Positions 30,271 through 44,279 are shown, counted from the first letter of the stretch. The stretch: 64,000 nt of DNA from Alphaproteobacteria bacterium MarineAlpha12_Bin1 (GCA_002937505.1 PTJY01000006.1:54540-118539), one strand, 5' to 3'. The notes: generated from the letters alone by a model not told the origin. Made by a program: numbers and translations.

Positions 30271-32162
30271 TGTGGAATCAGTGAACTCTCGATCAATTCA
30301 TGGTTAACATCAATGGTGTAACGTTTTTTTAGTGCGGCTGCTAATTGATTTGTTAGGTCTCTGTTCATTGAGTCCAGCAATGCTATGTTCAAATCCTCAC
30401 GCTTTTGTTTATCTTCCGAGGTTTTCCCAGCTTTCTCAATCCCAGTTAGCTTACCTACCCTTGCGCCATCATAAGTCTCTACATATACGGTATCACCTAC
30501 TTTCGCCTTAAAGATAGCAGCTATAAATGGACCGGGAACTGGTGTTTCTGAGCCCGTTCTATAAAACACATTTTTTGCTTCATACTTGAGCCCGTGTTTA
30601 ATAGAAACCTCTTTTAGGGTTTTGCCATTGGAAACAATGTTAGATATTTCTTTTGCTTTTTTAAAAGCTGCTCTTTGTTTCTCTCTTTTTAACCAACTAT
30701 CAGATACTTTATGGGTGATTAGATTAAACGGTTCTATCTTTGATGGATCTATTGAAATAGTTTTTATAACAAAAAAACCTCCATCGGCTATTTCTCTTAT
30801 ATCGCTTAACTCATCTTTATTAGTGGTAAAAGCAGCTTCAACGATTTGACCTATTGGATTTATTTTTATTAATTGTTCATCCCTTTTAAGGCCCCTTGAA
30901 TCAAAGTGTTCTAATTCAAGTAAAGTCATTCCGTTTTCTTTGGAGACCTCTTCAATGCTTAAGCCTGCTGCTAAATCATCCTCCACAAAGTTTTGAATAT
31001 TGTATATTTCATCTCTTGCTTTCATCATCGATATGGCTCTGCGCAGAGGTTCCCTGACATGAGCAAGCGTTTGGGTTTTTTCTGGTTCTATGGATTTCAC
31101 CAATATTAAATTCCATCCCAACGGAGTTTCTATAGGACTGGATACTGTATCCAAGTCTAAAGAAAAAGCAGTTTCTGCCAATTTTTTCTCTGAAATATTA
31201 TCTTTATTGACTTTCCCAATCGAAACTGGGGGTAGTCCAGTGATTTGTTTTGAAGCTTCGTAAAACGTTTTACCCTTGTTTATTAGAGTTCTTGCATTTT
31301 TAGCATCAGACTCTGTTAGAAATATGCTTTGAATTATTTCTCTTTTTTCTTTGATTATAAAATCATCAATACGATCTTGGTAATTTTTGCTTATTTCTTC
31401 TTCGTTAACAGAGATTGTTTTTGACAATTCTTCTATTGTGAGTATTGCGATTTTAATTTTTCTATACTCTGGTGACCGAAAATCGTTTTTAAACTCATTG
31501 TAGAAAGCCCTAAGTTGATTTTCACTTGGATTGAAATTTCCTTTTACGTCTTTAATATTGATTGCTGTTATCTCTGCAATTCTTTTTTCAAAACGGTGGT
31601 TAAATATTGCATCAAGAACAGGTTTTGATATTGTTAGTGAGTCTTGTAAGGTTCCAAGATATTGTGCTCTTTTCAAATCTTCTTTTGCACCAAAAATAAA
31701 TTCTTCTTCGCTGAGTCCTCTTTGTTGAAGATAGGAAGAGAATTTAACCGCATCAAAAATCCCATCTTCGTTTTGGAAAAGTTTAAGGTTGTGCACAGTT
31801 TCTTGAATAGAAACATCTGACGCAGATACTCCTAGTTCCATTGCAGCTGCATCAAAAAGAGAGCGTGTAACTATATTTGAGACGGTTTCCTTTAGAATAG
31901 TGGTTGCTATTGGCGATTGAAGATTAATTTGTCCTCCGCTAGCTCTTGTTAAATATTGAATTTGTTTATTAAATTCTTTACTAACTTGATTCAAAGAATA
32001 ACTAACCTTTTCAACCTCAACTACCGTATTAGCCTGACGGCCAGAGAATCCACCGCTTCCGAAATCAGATGCTCCGAAGAAAACAACAAATGTCAGCGCT
32101 AAAAGGCCAAGTATTACCTTCATTATCCAGCTTTTTGTCATTTGACGAAGAGCTTCGAGCAT
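30267..32162 (-). CDS. ppiD: periplasmic chaperone / peptidyl-prolyl isomerase PpiD family
   Basis: N-terminal anchor MLEALRQMTKSWIMKVILGLLALTFVVFFG, then a SurA_N-like region and a parvulin-like segment. The ORF-track start 32270 is rejected in favour of ATG 32162. Confidence 0.85.
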   Translation of the reverse strand: MLEALRQMTKSWIMKVILGLLALTFVVFFGASDFGSGGFSGRQANTVVEVEKVSYSLNQVSKEFNKQIQYLTRASGGQINLQSPIATTILKETVSNIVTRSLFDAAAMELGVSASDVSIQETVHNLKLFQNEDGIFDAVKFSSYLQQRGLSEEEFIFGAKEDLKRAQYLGTLQDSLTISKPVLDAIFNHRFEKRIAEITAINIKDVKGNFNPSENQLRAFYNEFKNDFRSPEYRKIKIAILTIEELSKTISVNEEEISKNYQDRIDDFIIKEKREIIQSIFLTESDAKNARTLINKGKTFYEASKQITGLPPVSIGKVNKDNISEKKLAETAFSLDLDTVSSPIETPLGWNLILVKSIEPEKTQTLAHVREPLRRAISMMKARDEIYNIQNFVEDDLAAGLSIEEVSKENGMTLLELEHFDSRGLKRDEQLIKINPIGQIVEAAFTTNKDELSDIREIADGGFFVIKTISIDPSKIEPFNLITHKVSDSWLKREKQRAAFKKAKEISNIVSNGKTLKEVSIKHGLKYEAKNVFYRTGSETPVPGPFIAAIFKAKVGDTVYVETYDGARVGKLTGIEKAGKTSEDKQKREDLNIALLDSMNRDLTNQLAAALKKRYTIDVNHELIESSLIPQ

Positions 32163-32385
32163 TTTATTTTTCCTTTTATAGGCCTTCTTTAATAATATTA
32201 AGTTTTTGTTTGATGGAATTGTAAAAATAATTATGTGGCGCATAATAGTGATGCCCAATGAAGCGGGCAAGCAGTCAACTAGGTTATAATTTTAGATAAT
32301 TCACGCTCTTATCTCAAAGCTTTTGTTGATTAATGATAGAAATAAATTATTGAGTTTTAAGTTTGGTTTAAATTTGGTGATAGTA

Positions 32386-33156
32386 ATGAAAAAAATCAGA
32401 AGATTAATTGCCGCAAATTGGAAAATGAATAATCTTGCTACGAGAGCTAACGAGCTAGTACAGGCTATTGATGTTCACTCAAAATCAATCATAAATAACA
32501 AGTGTGATGTATTAATCTGTCCTAGTGCTGTTCTTCTTCAGATGATATCGAATCAACTTAAAAACTCATTTATTGATGTTGGAGCTCAAGACTGCCATTT
32601 CGAAGAAAAGGGCGCTTTTACAGGTGAAATTAGTGCAAAGATGTTGGCTGATGTTGGAGCTTCTTACGTAATTCTTGGACATTCTGAACGGCGTCATGGC
32701 TTGTCCGAAAGTGACAACCTTGTTCGAGCGAAGGTGAAAGCTGCACACAAAGAATCATTAATTGCCATTATTTGTATTGGTGAGACCGACGTTCAAAAGG
32801 GTGATGGAGAAACACTTAATATACTAAAGTCACAAATAAGAGGGTCACTCCCTGAAATAAAAAATCAAATAAAGTCGTCAAACACTATATTTGCTTATGA
32901 GCCAGTGTGGGCTATAGGGACAGGAAAAACACCAACGTTGTCTGAAATTTCTGATGTACATGGGCAAGTGCGAAATTTCCTAATTAATGAGATCGGGTCT
33001 GAAGCATCGATGATGAAGATTCTTTATGGAGGCTCGATGAATACTGGTAATGCTTTATCTATTCTAAATATTGACAATGTTGATGGAGGGCTGATAGGTG
33101 GAGCGAGCCTTAATGAAGGCGATTTTTGTAAAATAATAGACTTAGCAAATGAATAA
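32386..33156 (+). CDS. tpiA: triose-phosphate isomerase
   Basis: Motifs AANWKMN, ILGHSERR and YEPVWAIGTG. ATG 32386 is chosen; the ORF-track start 32323 is rejected. Confidence 0.95.
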   Translation: MKKIRRLIAANWKMNNLATRANELVQAIDVHSKSIINNKCDVLICPSAVLLQMISNQLKNSFIDVGAQDCHFEEKGAFTGEISAKMLADVGASYVILGHSERRHGLSESDNLVRAKVKAAHKESLIAIICIGETDVQKGDGETLNILKSQIRGSLPEIKNQIKSSNTIFAYEPVWAIGTGKTPTLSEISDVHGQVRNFLINEIGSEASMMKILYGGSMNTGNALSILNIDNVDGGLIGGASLNEGDFCKIIDLANE

Positions 33157-33260
33157 GATTTTATTATGACACTAGAATTACTGGTCAGAAACCATTAAGT
33201 ATCACGAGATAATGTTTTAATAGCTTGGAAATCACTCTAATCAGCGGTAAAACATAGAAT

Positions 33261-33587
33261 ATGGAAACAATAATATTAGTAGCCCACCTTCTTATAGCGC
33301 TGGCGTTAGTAGGCGTTGTGCTCATGCAAAAGTCTGAGGGAGGACTTGGGGGTTTGGGTGGTTCAAGCGGTGGTAGTATGGGTAGTTTGCTTGGTGGTAG
33401 AGCTGCAGCAAATTTATTAACTAGGGCAACGGGTATTTTAGCTGGCACGTTTTTTTTAACTAGTATTGGTTTAGCAATCTTGGCAGGAGGGGGTAATAGT
33501 TCTAAATCGATTACTGAAAAAACTCCTCCTGCAACTAGCCAAATTCCAGTTAAACCGGCAAAACCTACTGTTCCTACTGGTGAGTAA
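33261..33587 (+). CDS. secG: preprotein translocase subunit SecG
   Basis: Two TM helices flanking a Gly-rich loop (LMQKSEGGLGGLGG), and the tpiA-secG synteny. Confidence 0.9.
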   Translation: METIILVAHLLIALALVGVVLMQKSEGGLGGLGGSSGGSMGSLLGGRAAANLLTRATGILAGTFFLTSIGLAILAGGGNSSKSITEKTPPATSQIPVKPAKPTVPTGE

Positions 33588-33697
33588 TAAATTTTTTGAT
33601 AATTTTTTTTGTCTATTAAAAATTAAATTGTTCTACATGTATTTCGGCTGATTTGCCTATGCCTGGTAACGGTTAAGTGGGTAGAATATATATATAG

Positions 33698-35329
<1,632 letters not shown>

Positions 35330-35331
35330 TA

Positions 35332-37492
<2,161 letters not shown>

Positions 37493-37550
37493 TACGTTAT
37501 TTGGGATTTAATACTTGACGACGCGAAACGTATTATGATTCCATACATTT

Positions 37551-37868
37551 ATGTCAGTGTTTGATGATATCAGAGCAAGGGCTCGTCATATATGGTTCAC
37601 TATGTTTGGAGCTCTGATCCTTGCCTATTTTTCATACCACATGTTTCAAGGCAATCATGGCATAATATCGTTGATGGTCCTTAAAGAGAAAGTTCTCCTG
37701 GCTGAGAATATACTTTCAGAAACAAAAGAAACTCATTCTCTATTGCAGGAGAAAGTATCTCTCATGAATAGTGGTAATTTAGATCTTGATATACTTGATG
37801 AGAGAACACGTTTGATGTTGAATTATGGTCATTCTAATGATGCTGTGATTCTATATTCTAGCAAATAA
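37551..37868 (+). CDS. ftsB: septum formation initiator family protein (FtsB/DivIC-like)
   Basis: Single N-terminal TM helix plus a coiled-coil. Occupies the conserved position between eno and pdhA in Alphaproteobacteria. No clear SD, so the start is uncertain. Confidence 0.75.
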   Translation: MSVFDDIRARARHIWFTMFGALILAYFSYHMFQGNHGIISLMVLKEKVLLAENILSETKETHSLLQEKVSLMNSGNLDLDILDERTRLMLNYGHSNDAVILYSSK

Positions 37869-37889
37869 TTATACAAAATCTTTTATTCC

Positions 37890-37903
37890 TTGATATTTAT
37901 CAA
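37890..37903. promoter_or_regulatory. FNR/FixK/Crp-family type palindrome TTGAT-ATTT-ATCAA
   Basis: Perfect match to TTGAT-N4-ATCAA in the ftsB-pdhA spacer, about 200 nt upstream of the pdhA ATG, followed 3 nt later by TTGACA. Confidence 0.3.
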
Positions 37904-38105
37904 ATTTTGACAGTGAAATATTTGTGATGGTGACTGCCATGTCTTTGAACTTATATTTCGTGTAAAAATCCGTGATTAACCTATTCTTGGTTAATTTATG
38001 CTATTTATCAGTTTTTATTGAGTTTTTCTTGATTTTAGCTTGCTGATTTGCCTTAGTTACCCTACTTCTTGATCATCATTAGTGATTTTGTTAGGGAAAG
38101 TTTTG

Positions 38106-39152
38106 ATGTCGGCATCGACAAAAAGTTCAAGTGTTAAGAGTACAAAACGTCCCACTAGAGCTCGGCGACGAAAGTCTACTATTGTTAAAAAACATAGTCG
38201 GGAAGAGCTTATAAATTTTTATAAAGAGATGCTCAAAATTCGGCGATTTGAAGAAAAAGCTGGTCAGATGTACGGGTTGGGTTTGATAGGTGGATTTTGT
38301 CATCTCTATATCGGGCAGGAAGCAGTGGTGACTGGCATTCAAGCAGCCCTAGAACCTCAAGATACAGTGATAACTACCTATAGAGATCATGGTCATATGC
38401 TGGCATGTGGAATGGAGCCCAAGGGTGTTATGGCAGAATTAACGGGTAGGGCAGGAGGATACTCTGCAGGAAAAGGTGGTTCCATGCATATGTTCTCTGC
38501 AGAAAAGAATTTTTATGGTGGCCACGGAATAGTTGGCGCAAATGTTCCGCTTGGGACAGGCATAGCGTTTGCTCATAAATATGAAAATGATAATGGGGTA
38601 TGCCTTACATATTTTGGTGATGGGGCGGTGAATCAAGGGCAAGTTTATGAATCTTTTAATATGGCCGCATTATGGAATCTACCAGTTATATATGTGATAG
38701 AGAACAATCGATATGGTATGGGCACATCTGTTGAGCGTGCTTCAGCTGGCAAGGAATTGTGGCAAAGAGGCCAGGCATATGGCATTCCTGGCGAGCAATT
38801 AGATGGTATGGATGTTTGCACCGTTAATAACGTGGCTACTAATGCATTGGATTATGTTCGATCAGGTAATGGGCCATATATTCTTGAGATGCAAACTTAC
38901 AGGTATCGAGGACACTCTATGTCTGACCCCGCGGCTTATAGGTCTAAGACTGAGGTTCAAAAAATTCGCACCGAAAAAGATCCATTAGATAGTCTTAAAT
39001 TAATTTTGGTTAAAAAGGGTTATGAGACTGAATCAAGTCTTAAAGATTATGATAAAGAAATTCGTGAAATGATAAATGAGGCAGCAGACTTTGCGCAAGA
39101 AAGTCCAGAACCTAATCCTTCAGAACTATACACCGATGTTTTGTCTGAATAA
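38106..39152 (+). CDS. pdhA: pyruvate dehydrogenase E1 component subunit alpha
   Basis: Motifs YRDHGH, GDGAVNQGQ and YRYRGHSMSDP. ATG 38106 is preferred to the GTG at 38082. Confidence 0.95.
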   Translation: MSASTKSSSVKSTKRPTRARRRKSTIVKKHSREELINFYKEMLKIRRFEEKAGQMYGLGLIGGFCHLYIGQEAVVTGIQAALEPQDTVITTYRDHGHMLACGMEPKGVMAELTGRAGGYSAGKGGSMHMFSAEKNFYGGHGIVGANVPLGTGIAFAHKYENDNGVCLTYFGDGAVNQGQVYESFNMAALWNLPVIYVIENNRYGMGTSVERASAGKELWQRGQAYGIPGEQLDGMDVCTVNNVATNALDYVRSGNGPYILEMQTYRYRGHSMSDPAAYRSKTEVQKIRTEKDPLDSLKLILVKKGYETESSLKDYDKEIREMINEAADFAQESPEPNPSELYTDVLSE

Positions 39153-39201
39153 GTTTATTAACGCTCCTTAAACGTTATAAGGTGAATAAAGGGTTTAACT
39201 C

Positions 39202-39444
39202 ATGAGTATATTAGTAGTAATGCCAGCTCTTTCTCCCACCATGACAGAGGGGAATCTTGTAAAGTGGTTTAAATCTGAAGGTGATGAGGTAGAACCAGGT
39301 GATGTTCTTGCAGAGATAGAAACTGATAAAGCTACTATGGAAATAGAATCAACTGATAAGGGCATGATCGGAAAAATTTTAATTTCTTCTGGTGCTGAAA
39401 GTGTCAAGGTAAATACGACTTTAGCGGTCATTCTTGAAGAAGGA
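39202..39444 (+). repeat. lipoyl-domain coding segment (copy in pdhB), paralogous to 40605-40847
   Basis: Shares nucleotide runs with the pdhC copy (taatgccagc, atgacagagggga, actgataaagc, ggaaaaatttta). The encoded proteins are about 65% identical by eye. Confidence 0.7.
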
Positions 39445-40581
39445 GAGAATCTTAATCATTTACAGTCTATTTCCGGCTCTATTACTAATGAACAGCTGGA
39501 GGCAGCTTCGTCATTAAATGAAGAGAACATACCTGAAACTACCTCTAATACATTGGATTCATTGGAATTAAAAAGAGAGGTCAATGACTTTAAAAAAACA
39601 AAAAGATTGACTGTAAGAGAGGCATTAAGAGATGCCATGGCAGAAGAAATGAGAAGAGAAAACAGTGTTTTTTTGATGGGGGAAGAGGTAGGTCAATACC
39701 AAGGGGCCTATAAAGTAAGTCAAGGATTGTTAGATGAATTCGGGGATCAACGTATAATTGATACTCCCATCACTGAACAAGGTTTCGCAGGCATAGGCAT
39801 AGGAGCAGCTCTGAAGGGTTTGTCTCCCATAGTCGAATTTATGACCTTCAATTTTGCTATGCAGGCTATTGATCAAATAATTAATTCAGCCGCTAAAACT
39901 CTTTATATGTCTGGAGGGCAAATGAAAGCTCCTATAGTTTTTCGTGGTCCTAACGGAGCAGCCTCTAGGGTCGCAGCACAGCACTCTCAATGTTTTGCCA
40001 GCTGGTATTCCCATTGTCCTGGTTTAAAGGTAGTTGCTCCTTATTCTGGGGCTGATGCAAAAGGTTTGCTGAAGTCAGCTATTAGAGATCCTAATCCTAT
40101 TGTTTTTCTTGAAAATGAGCTTTTATATGGTCAATCTTTTGATGTGCCTGTTTCTGATGATTTCACTGTACCAATTGGTAAGGCAAAAGTTTTAAAAGAA
40201 GGATCAGATATAACAATAACAGCATTTTCTCTTATGGTTGAAAGATCCCTCGAATCTGCTGTACAGCTAGAAAAAGAAGGAATATCTGCAGAAGTTATTG
40301 ATTTAAGGACTCTTCGTCCTTTGGATGTAGATTGCATAATAAGTTCCGTAATGAAAACCAATCGATTGGTTACGGTTGAAGAAGGTTGGCCATATTCTGG
40401 AATTGGCTCAGAGATCACGGCTTTAGTGATGGAGCAAGCCTTTGATTGGTTAGACGCTCCGGTTTTGAGGGTTCATGGTGCAGATGTTCCAATGCCATAC
40501 GCAGCTAATTTGGAAAAATTGGCAATTCCACAGGTACATCAAATTATTTCAGCCGTTAAAAATGCCACCTATAAAGAATAG
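39202..40581 (+). CDS. pdhB: pyruvate dehydrogenase E1 component subunit beta with N-terminal lipoyl domain
   Basis: N-terminal lipoyl domain ([19 protein letters not shown]), an acidic/Ser linker, then a transketolase-like E1-beta ([11 protein letters not shown]). Confidence 0.95.
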   Translation: MSILVVMPALSPTMTEGNLVKWFKSEGDEVEPGDVLAEIETDKATMEIESTDKGMIGKILISSGAESVKVNTTLAVILEEGENLNHLQSISGSITNEQLEAASSLNEENIPETTSNTLDSLELKREVNDFKKTKRLTVREALRDAMAEEMRRENSVFLMGEEVGQYQGAYKVSQGLLDEFGDQRIIDTPITEQGFAGIGIGAALKGLSPIVEFMTFNFAMQAIDQIINSAAKTLYMSGGQMKAPIVFRGPNGAASRVAAQHSQCFASWYSHCPGLKVVAPYSGADAKGLLKSAIRDPNPIVFLENELLYGQSFDVPVSDDFTVPIGKAKVLKEGSDITITAFSLMVERSLESAVQLEKEGISAEVIDLRTLRPLDVDCIISSVMKTNRLVTVEEGWPYSGIGSEITALVMEQAFDWLDAPVLRVHGADVPMPYAANLEKLAIPQVHQIISAVKNATYKE

Positions 40582-40604
40582 TTTGTTTTTTTGAGGACAC
40601 AAAC

Positions 40605-40847
40605 ATGCCTATAACAATTTTAATGCCAGCACTTTCACCTACTATGACAGAGGGGAGTCTAGCCAAATGGTTAAAAAAAGAGGGAGAGGATGTCATACCT
40701 GGTGATGTTTTGGCTGAGATTGAGACTGATAAAGCGACAATGGAGATAGAAGCCATAGATGAAGGTAAATTAGGAAAAATTTTAGTTCCAGAGGGTAGTG
40801 AAGAGATACCTGTTAATTCACCAATTGCAATAATAATTGAGGAAGGC
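40605..40847 (+). repeat. lipoyl-domain coding segment (copy in pdhC), paralogous to 39202-39444
   Basis: Same evidence as the pdhB copy. Confidence 0.7.
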
Positions 40848-41876
40848 GAAGATGAATCCTCGCTTGAAGAAATAGATGCTCAAGAGTTGCCCGAACAAAC
40901 AACCGCCTTGAATACGAGTGTTGAAAGCAAAGAACACTCAACAGATATCGAAATTATAGATTCGACTGCGGATCCATCTAATCTGTCTAATGAAGTGGAA
41001 GAAGAAAATCCATCTGTTGGTAATGAAGAAAGAATATTTGTTAGTCCGTTGGCTCGCCGTTTGGCAGAAAAACAATCCTTAGACCTGTCTTTGATTAAAG
41101 GAACTGGTCCTAATGGACGAATAATCAAATCAGACATTGAGGCTTTTTCTAGTAAAGATTTATCTGTTAAAGCTGATGTAAATGAAAAAAGTTATGAATA
41201 TTTTCCTGCAGATAATATGCGAAAAACAATTGCCAAGAGATTAACTGAATCCAAAAGAGATGTTCCACATTTTTATTTAAAAGCAGATTGTTTGATAGAT
41301 AAATTAATGGATGTGAGAGAACAATTGAATGCTCGTGCTAATAACGAGGAATATAAAATATCTGTAAATGATATGATGATTAAAGCATGCGCAGTGGCCT
41401 TAATGAAGGTCCCAAATGCGAATGCTTCTTGGGATCGTGAAGGAATCAAACTTTATAAAACGGCAGATATTTCTGTAGCAGTTGCCTTGGATAACGGATT
41501 AATCACTCCCGTTATTCGTGATGCAAATGAAAAAGGTCTTCGCTTAATCTCTGAAGAAACTAAACTACTTATTAATAAAGCAAGAAATGGTCAGCTTGCA
41601 CCTGAAGAATATACTGGGGGGTCTTTCACGATTTCTAATTTAGGTATGTTTGGTGTAAAGGAATTTAATGCGGTTATAAATCCTCCCCAAGGTGGAATTG
41701 TTGCAATAGGGGCTGCAGAGCAACGACCTATAGTTAAAAATAATGTTTTAGATGTGGCAACTGTGATTACATGCACTTTGTCATTGGATCATAGGGCTAT
41801 AGATGGTGCTGTTGGAGCACAGTTTTTAGACACTCTAAAATCACTTATTGAAAACCCAATGGAGATGTTACTTTAA
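40605..41876 (+). CDS. pdhC: pyruvate dehydrogenase E2 dihydrolipoamide acetyltransferase
   Basis: Lipoyl domain, E3-binding motif SPLARRLA, and catalytic DHRAIDGA. Confidence 0.95.
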   Translation: MPITILMPALSPTMTEGSLAKWLKKEGEDVIPGDVLAEIETDKATMEIEAIDEGKLGKILVPEGSEEIPVNSPIAIIIEEGEDESSLEEIDAQELPEQTTALNTSVESKEHSTDIEIIDSTADPSNLSNEVEEENPSVGNEERIFVSPLARRLAEKQSLDLSLIKGTGPNGRIIKSDIEAFSSKDLSVKADVNEKSYEYFPADNMRKTIAKRLTESKRDVPHFYLKADCLIDKLMDVREQLNARANNEEYKISVNDMMIKACAVALMKVPNANASWDREGIKLYKTADISVAVALDNGLITPVIRDANEKGLRLISEETKLLINKARNGQLAPEEYTGGSFTISNLGMFGVKEFNAVINPPQGGIVAIGAAEQRPIVKNNVLDVATVITCTLSLDHRAIDGAVGAQFLDTLKSLIENPMEMLL

Positions 41877-41888
41877 ATAATTTAACTC

Positions 41889-43316
41889 TTGAGGATAAAT
41901 AAATTGATAGGTAGTAAATTTGATGTAGTGGTTATTGGAGCTGGGCCTGGTGGATATGTTGCCGCCATCCGTTCAGCACAATTAGGCATGAAAACAGCAA
42001 TAGTTGAAGCTGCAGAATTAGGGGGCGTTTGCCTTAATTGGGGCTGTATACCAACTAAAGCATTACTGAGAACTGCGGAGATCTATAAGAACATAAAGAA
42101 CGCTGATCAATATGGATTGTCTGTTTCGGGAGTAAGTATAAATATTGATAAAGTTATTAAAAGATCTCGGGAAATATCTAATCAACTCAATCAAGGTGTA
42201 AGCTATTTACTTAAAAAGAACAAAGTAGAGATAATTAAAGGGTGGGGGAAAATCGAAAAAGGTTCGAATGGTGAAATACGGGTTTTAGTGGATGAGGCCC
42301 CTGAGGAACATAAAATTTTGAAAGCCACGAATGTAATTTTAGCAACAGGAGCGAGGGCCCGTCATTTACCTGATTGCCATTCAGATGGAAAATTAATATG
42401 GACTTATCGAGAGGCAATGACACCCGATTCTTTGCCAAAATCTCTTCTGGTAGTTGGATCTGGAGCAATTGGAATTGAATTTGCATCATTTTACAACACG
42501 TTAGGTTCAAAAGTTACCGTTGTAGAAATTCTTGATCGGATATTACCTCAGGAAGACACTGAAATTTCCGAACTGGCACGCAGCTCTCTGGAAAAAGAAG
42601 GGATCGAAATCCATACTAGCTCTAATATCAAGGGCTTAAATGCAGGTAAAAACAGTGTTGAGTTGAAAATTGAAATAAATGGAGATGAAAAAAATAAAAA
42701 ATTTGATCGAGCAATTGTTGCTATTGGTATTTTGGGTAATGTTGAGGGTTTAGGCTTAGAAAAGACAGAGGTCGTAGTCGAAAATCATCATGTCGTTACA
42801 GATGAATGGTGTCAGACGAATGAAAAAAGCATTTGGGCAATTGGTGATTTGGTCGGCCCTCCATGGTTGGCGCATAAGGCAGAGCATGAGGGAGTAATAG
42901 CTGTTGAAAGAATTGCGGGAATGGATGGTTTGATGCCGTTAGATGTAACACAGATACCTAGTTGTACGTACTCTATACCACAAGTTGCTTCAATAGGACT
43001 GACTGAAATTAAAGCTAAAGAGTTAGGGTACGAAATTAGGGTCGGACGATTTCCTTTTAAAGCAAATGGTAAAGCGCTAGCCCTTGGGGAGCCTGGGGGA
43101 CTGGTAAAAACTATATTTGATGTTAAATCTGGGGAATTACTGGGCGCTCACATGATAGGGAATGAAGTTACTGAATTAATACAAGGCTATGGTATCGCAA
43201 AAGCGTTAGAAACCACAGAAGATGAATTAATACACACAGTGTTTCCTCATCCAACACTCAGCGAATCAATGTATGAATCTGTCCTTAATGCCTATAACAG
43301 GGCAATTCACATTTAG
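41889..43316 (+). CDS. lpdA: dihydrolipoyl dehydrogenase (E3)
   Basis: Motifs VVIGAGPGGYVAA, GGVCLNWGCIPTK and HPTLSE. No in-frame ATG lies before the FAD motif, so a TTG start (41889 or 41904) is inferred. Confidence 0.94.
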   Translation: MRINKLIGSKFDVVVIGAGPGGYVAAIRSAQLGMKTAIVEAAELGGVCLNWGCIPTKALLRTAEIYKNIKNADQYGLSVSGVSINIDKVIKRSREISNQLNQGVSYLLKKNKVEIIKGWGKIEKGSNGEIRVLVDEAPEEHKILKATNVILATGARARHLPDCHSDGKLIWTYREAMTPDSLPKSLLVVGSGAIGIEFASFYNTLGSKVTVVEILDRILPQEDTEISELARSSLEKEGIEIHTSSNIKGLNAGKNSVELKIEINGDEKNKKFDRAIVAIGILGNVEGLGLEKTEVVVENHHVVTDEWCQTNEKSIWAIGDLVGPPWLAHKAEHEGVIAVERIAGMDGLMPLDVTQIPSCTYSIPQVASIGLTEIKAKELGYEIRVGRFPFKANGKALALGEPGGLVKTIFDVKSGELLGAHMIGNEVTELIQGYGIAKALETTEDELIHTVFPHPTLSESMYESVLNAYNRAIHI

Positions 43317-43328
43317 CAGGATAAAACA

Positions 43329-44279
43329 TTGGTTGAAAATAAATCAATTATAAGGCACCCCGAGAAACGCAATAACAAAAGTAATCCAATACCCCGTAAG
43401 CCTGAGTGGATTAGGGTAAAAGCGCCCATAGGTAAAACTTATACTGAGACTAAAAATTTAATCAGAAAGTTAAATCTTAAAACTGTTTGTGAGGAAGCGT
43501 CATGTCCGAACATTGGTGAATGCTGGGAAAGGAAACATGCTACCTTCATGATAATGGGTGATACCTGCACTAGAGCTTGTTCTTTTTGTAATGTGAAAAC
43601 TGGAATACCAAAGCCACTGGATATAAATGAGCCAACTAACGTCGCAATATCGGTTATGTCTCTAGAACTACAACACGTCGTAATCACATCTGTTGATCGA
43701 GATGATCTAGAAGATGGTGGAGCGCATCATTTTTCGAGAGTAATAAGAGCTATACGCGAAACCTGTCCAAATACAACTATAGAAATATTAACGCCAGACT
43801 TTAAGAATAAAACAGGTGCTGTAGAAATTATTAGGTCAAATCCACCAGATGTTTTTAATCACAACCTAGAAACTGTACCAAGGCTTTATCCTACAATTCG
43901 ACCTGGGGCTAGATACTTCACTAGTTTGAACCTGTTGAATGACATCAAAATAAAAAGTCCTAATACTTTTACAAAATCAGGCCTGATGGTTGGGATCGGT
44001 GAAACGCGTGAAGAAGTATTACAGGTGATGGATGATCTACGTTCAGCGAACGTAGACTTTTTGACTATAGGTCAGTATCTGCAACCCACGGTGAAGCACG
44101 CGCCAATAAACAATTTTGTTACTCCAGACGAATTTGAGGCCTATGCTTCTCAAGCACGTGGGAAAGGTTTCTTGATGGTATCAGCGAGCCCATTAACGCG
44201 TTCCAGTTACCATGCAGATACAGATTTCAAGAAACTTAAAATGGCTCGACTAGCTAAGCAGAACGATATAAAAAATTAA
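43329..44279 (+). CDS. lipA: lipoyl synthase
   Basis: Motifs [12 protein letters not shown] and radical-SAM [13 protein letters not shown] start lies 8 nt after AGGA. Confidence 0.95.
   Translation: MVENKSIIRHPEKRNNKSNPIPRKPEWIRVKAPIGKTYTETKNLIRKLNLKTVCEEASCPNIGECWERKHATFMIMGDTCTRACSFCNVKTGIPKPLDINEPTNVAISVMSLELQHVVITSVDRDDLEDGGAHHFSRVIRAIRETCPNTTIEILTPDFKNKTGAVEIIRSNPPDVFNHNLETVPRLYPTIRPGARYFTSLNLLNDIKIKSPNTFTKSGLMVGIGETREEVLQVMDDLRSANVDFLTIGQYLQPTVKHAPINNFVTPDEFEAYASQARGKGFLMVSASPLTRSSYHADTDFKKLKMARLAKQNDIKN

Noticed and set aside
39195-40756. Two minus-strand ORFs (39195-39431 and 40556-40756) have strikingly similar translations ([31 protein letters not shown]).
   Set aside because: Both are antisense to the paralogous lipoyl-domain segments of pdhB and pdhC. 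The similarity is a trivial consequence of the sense-strand duplication.
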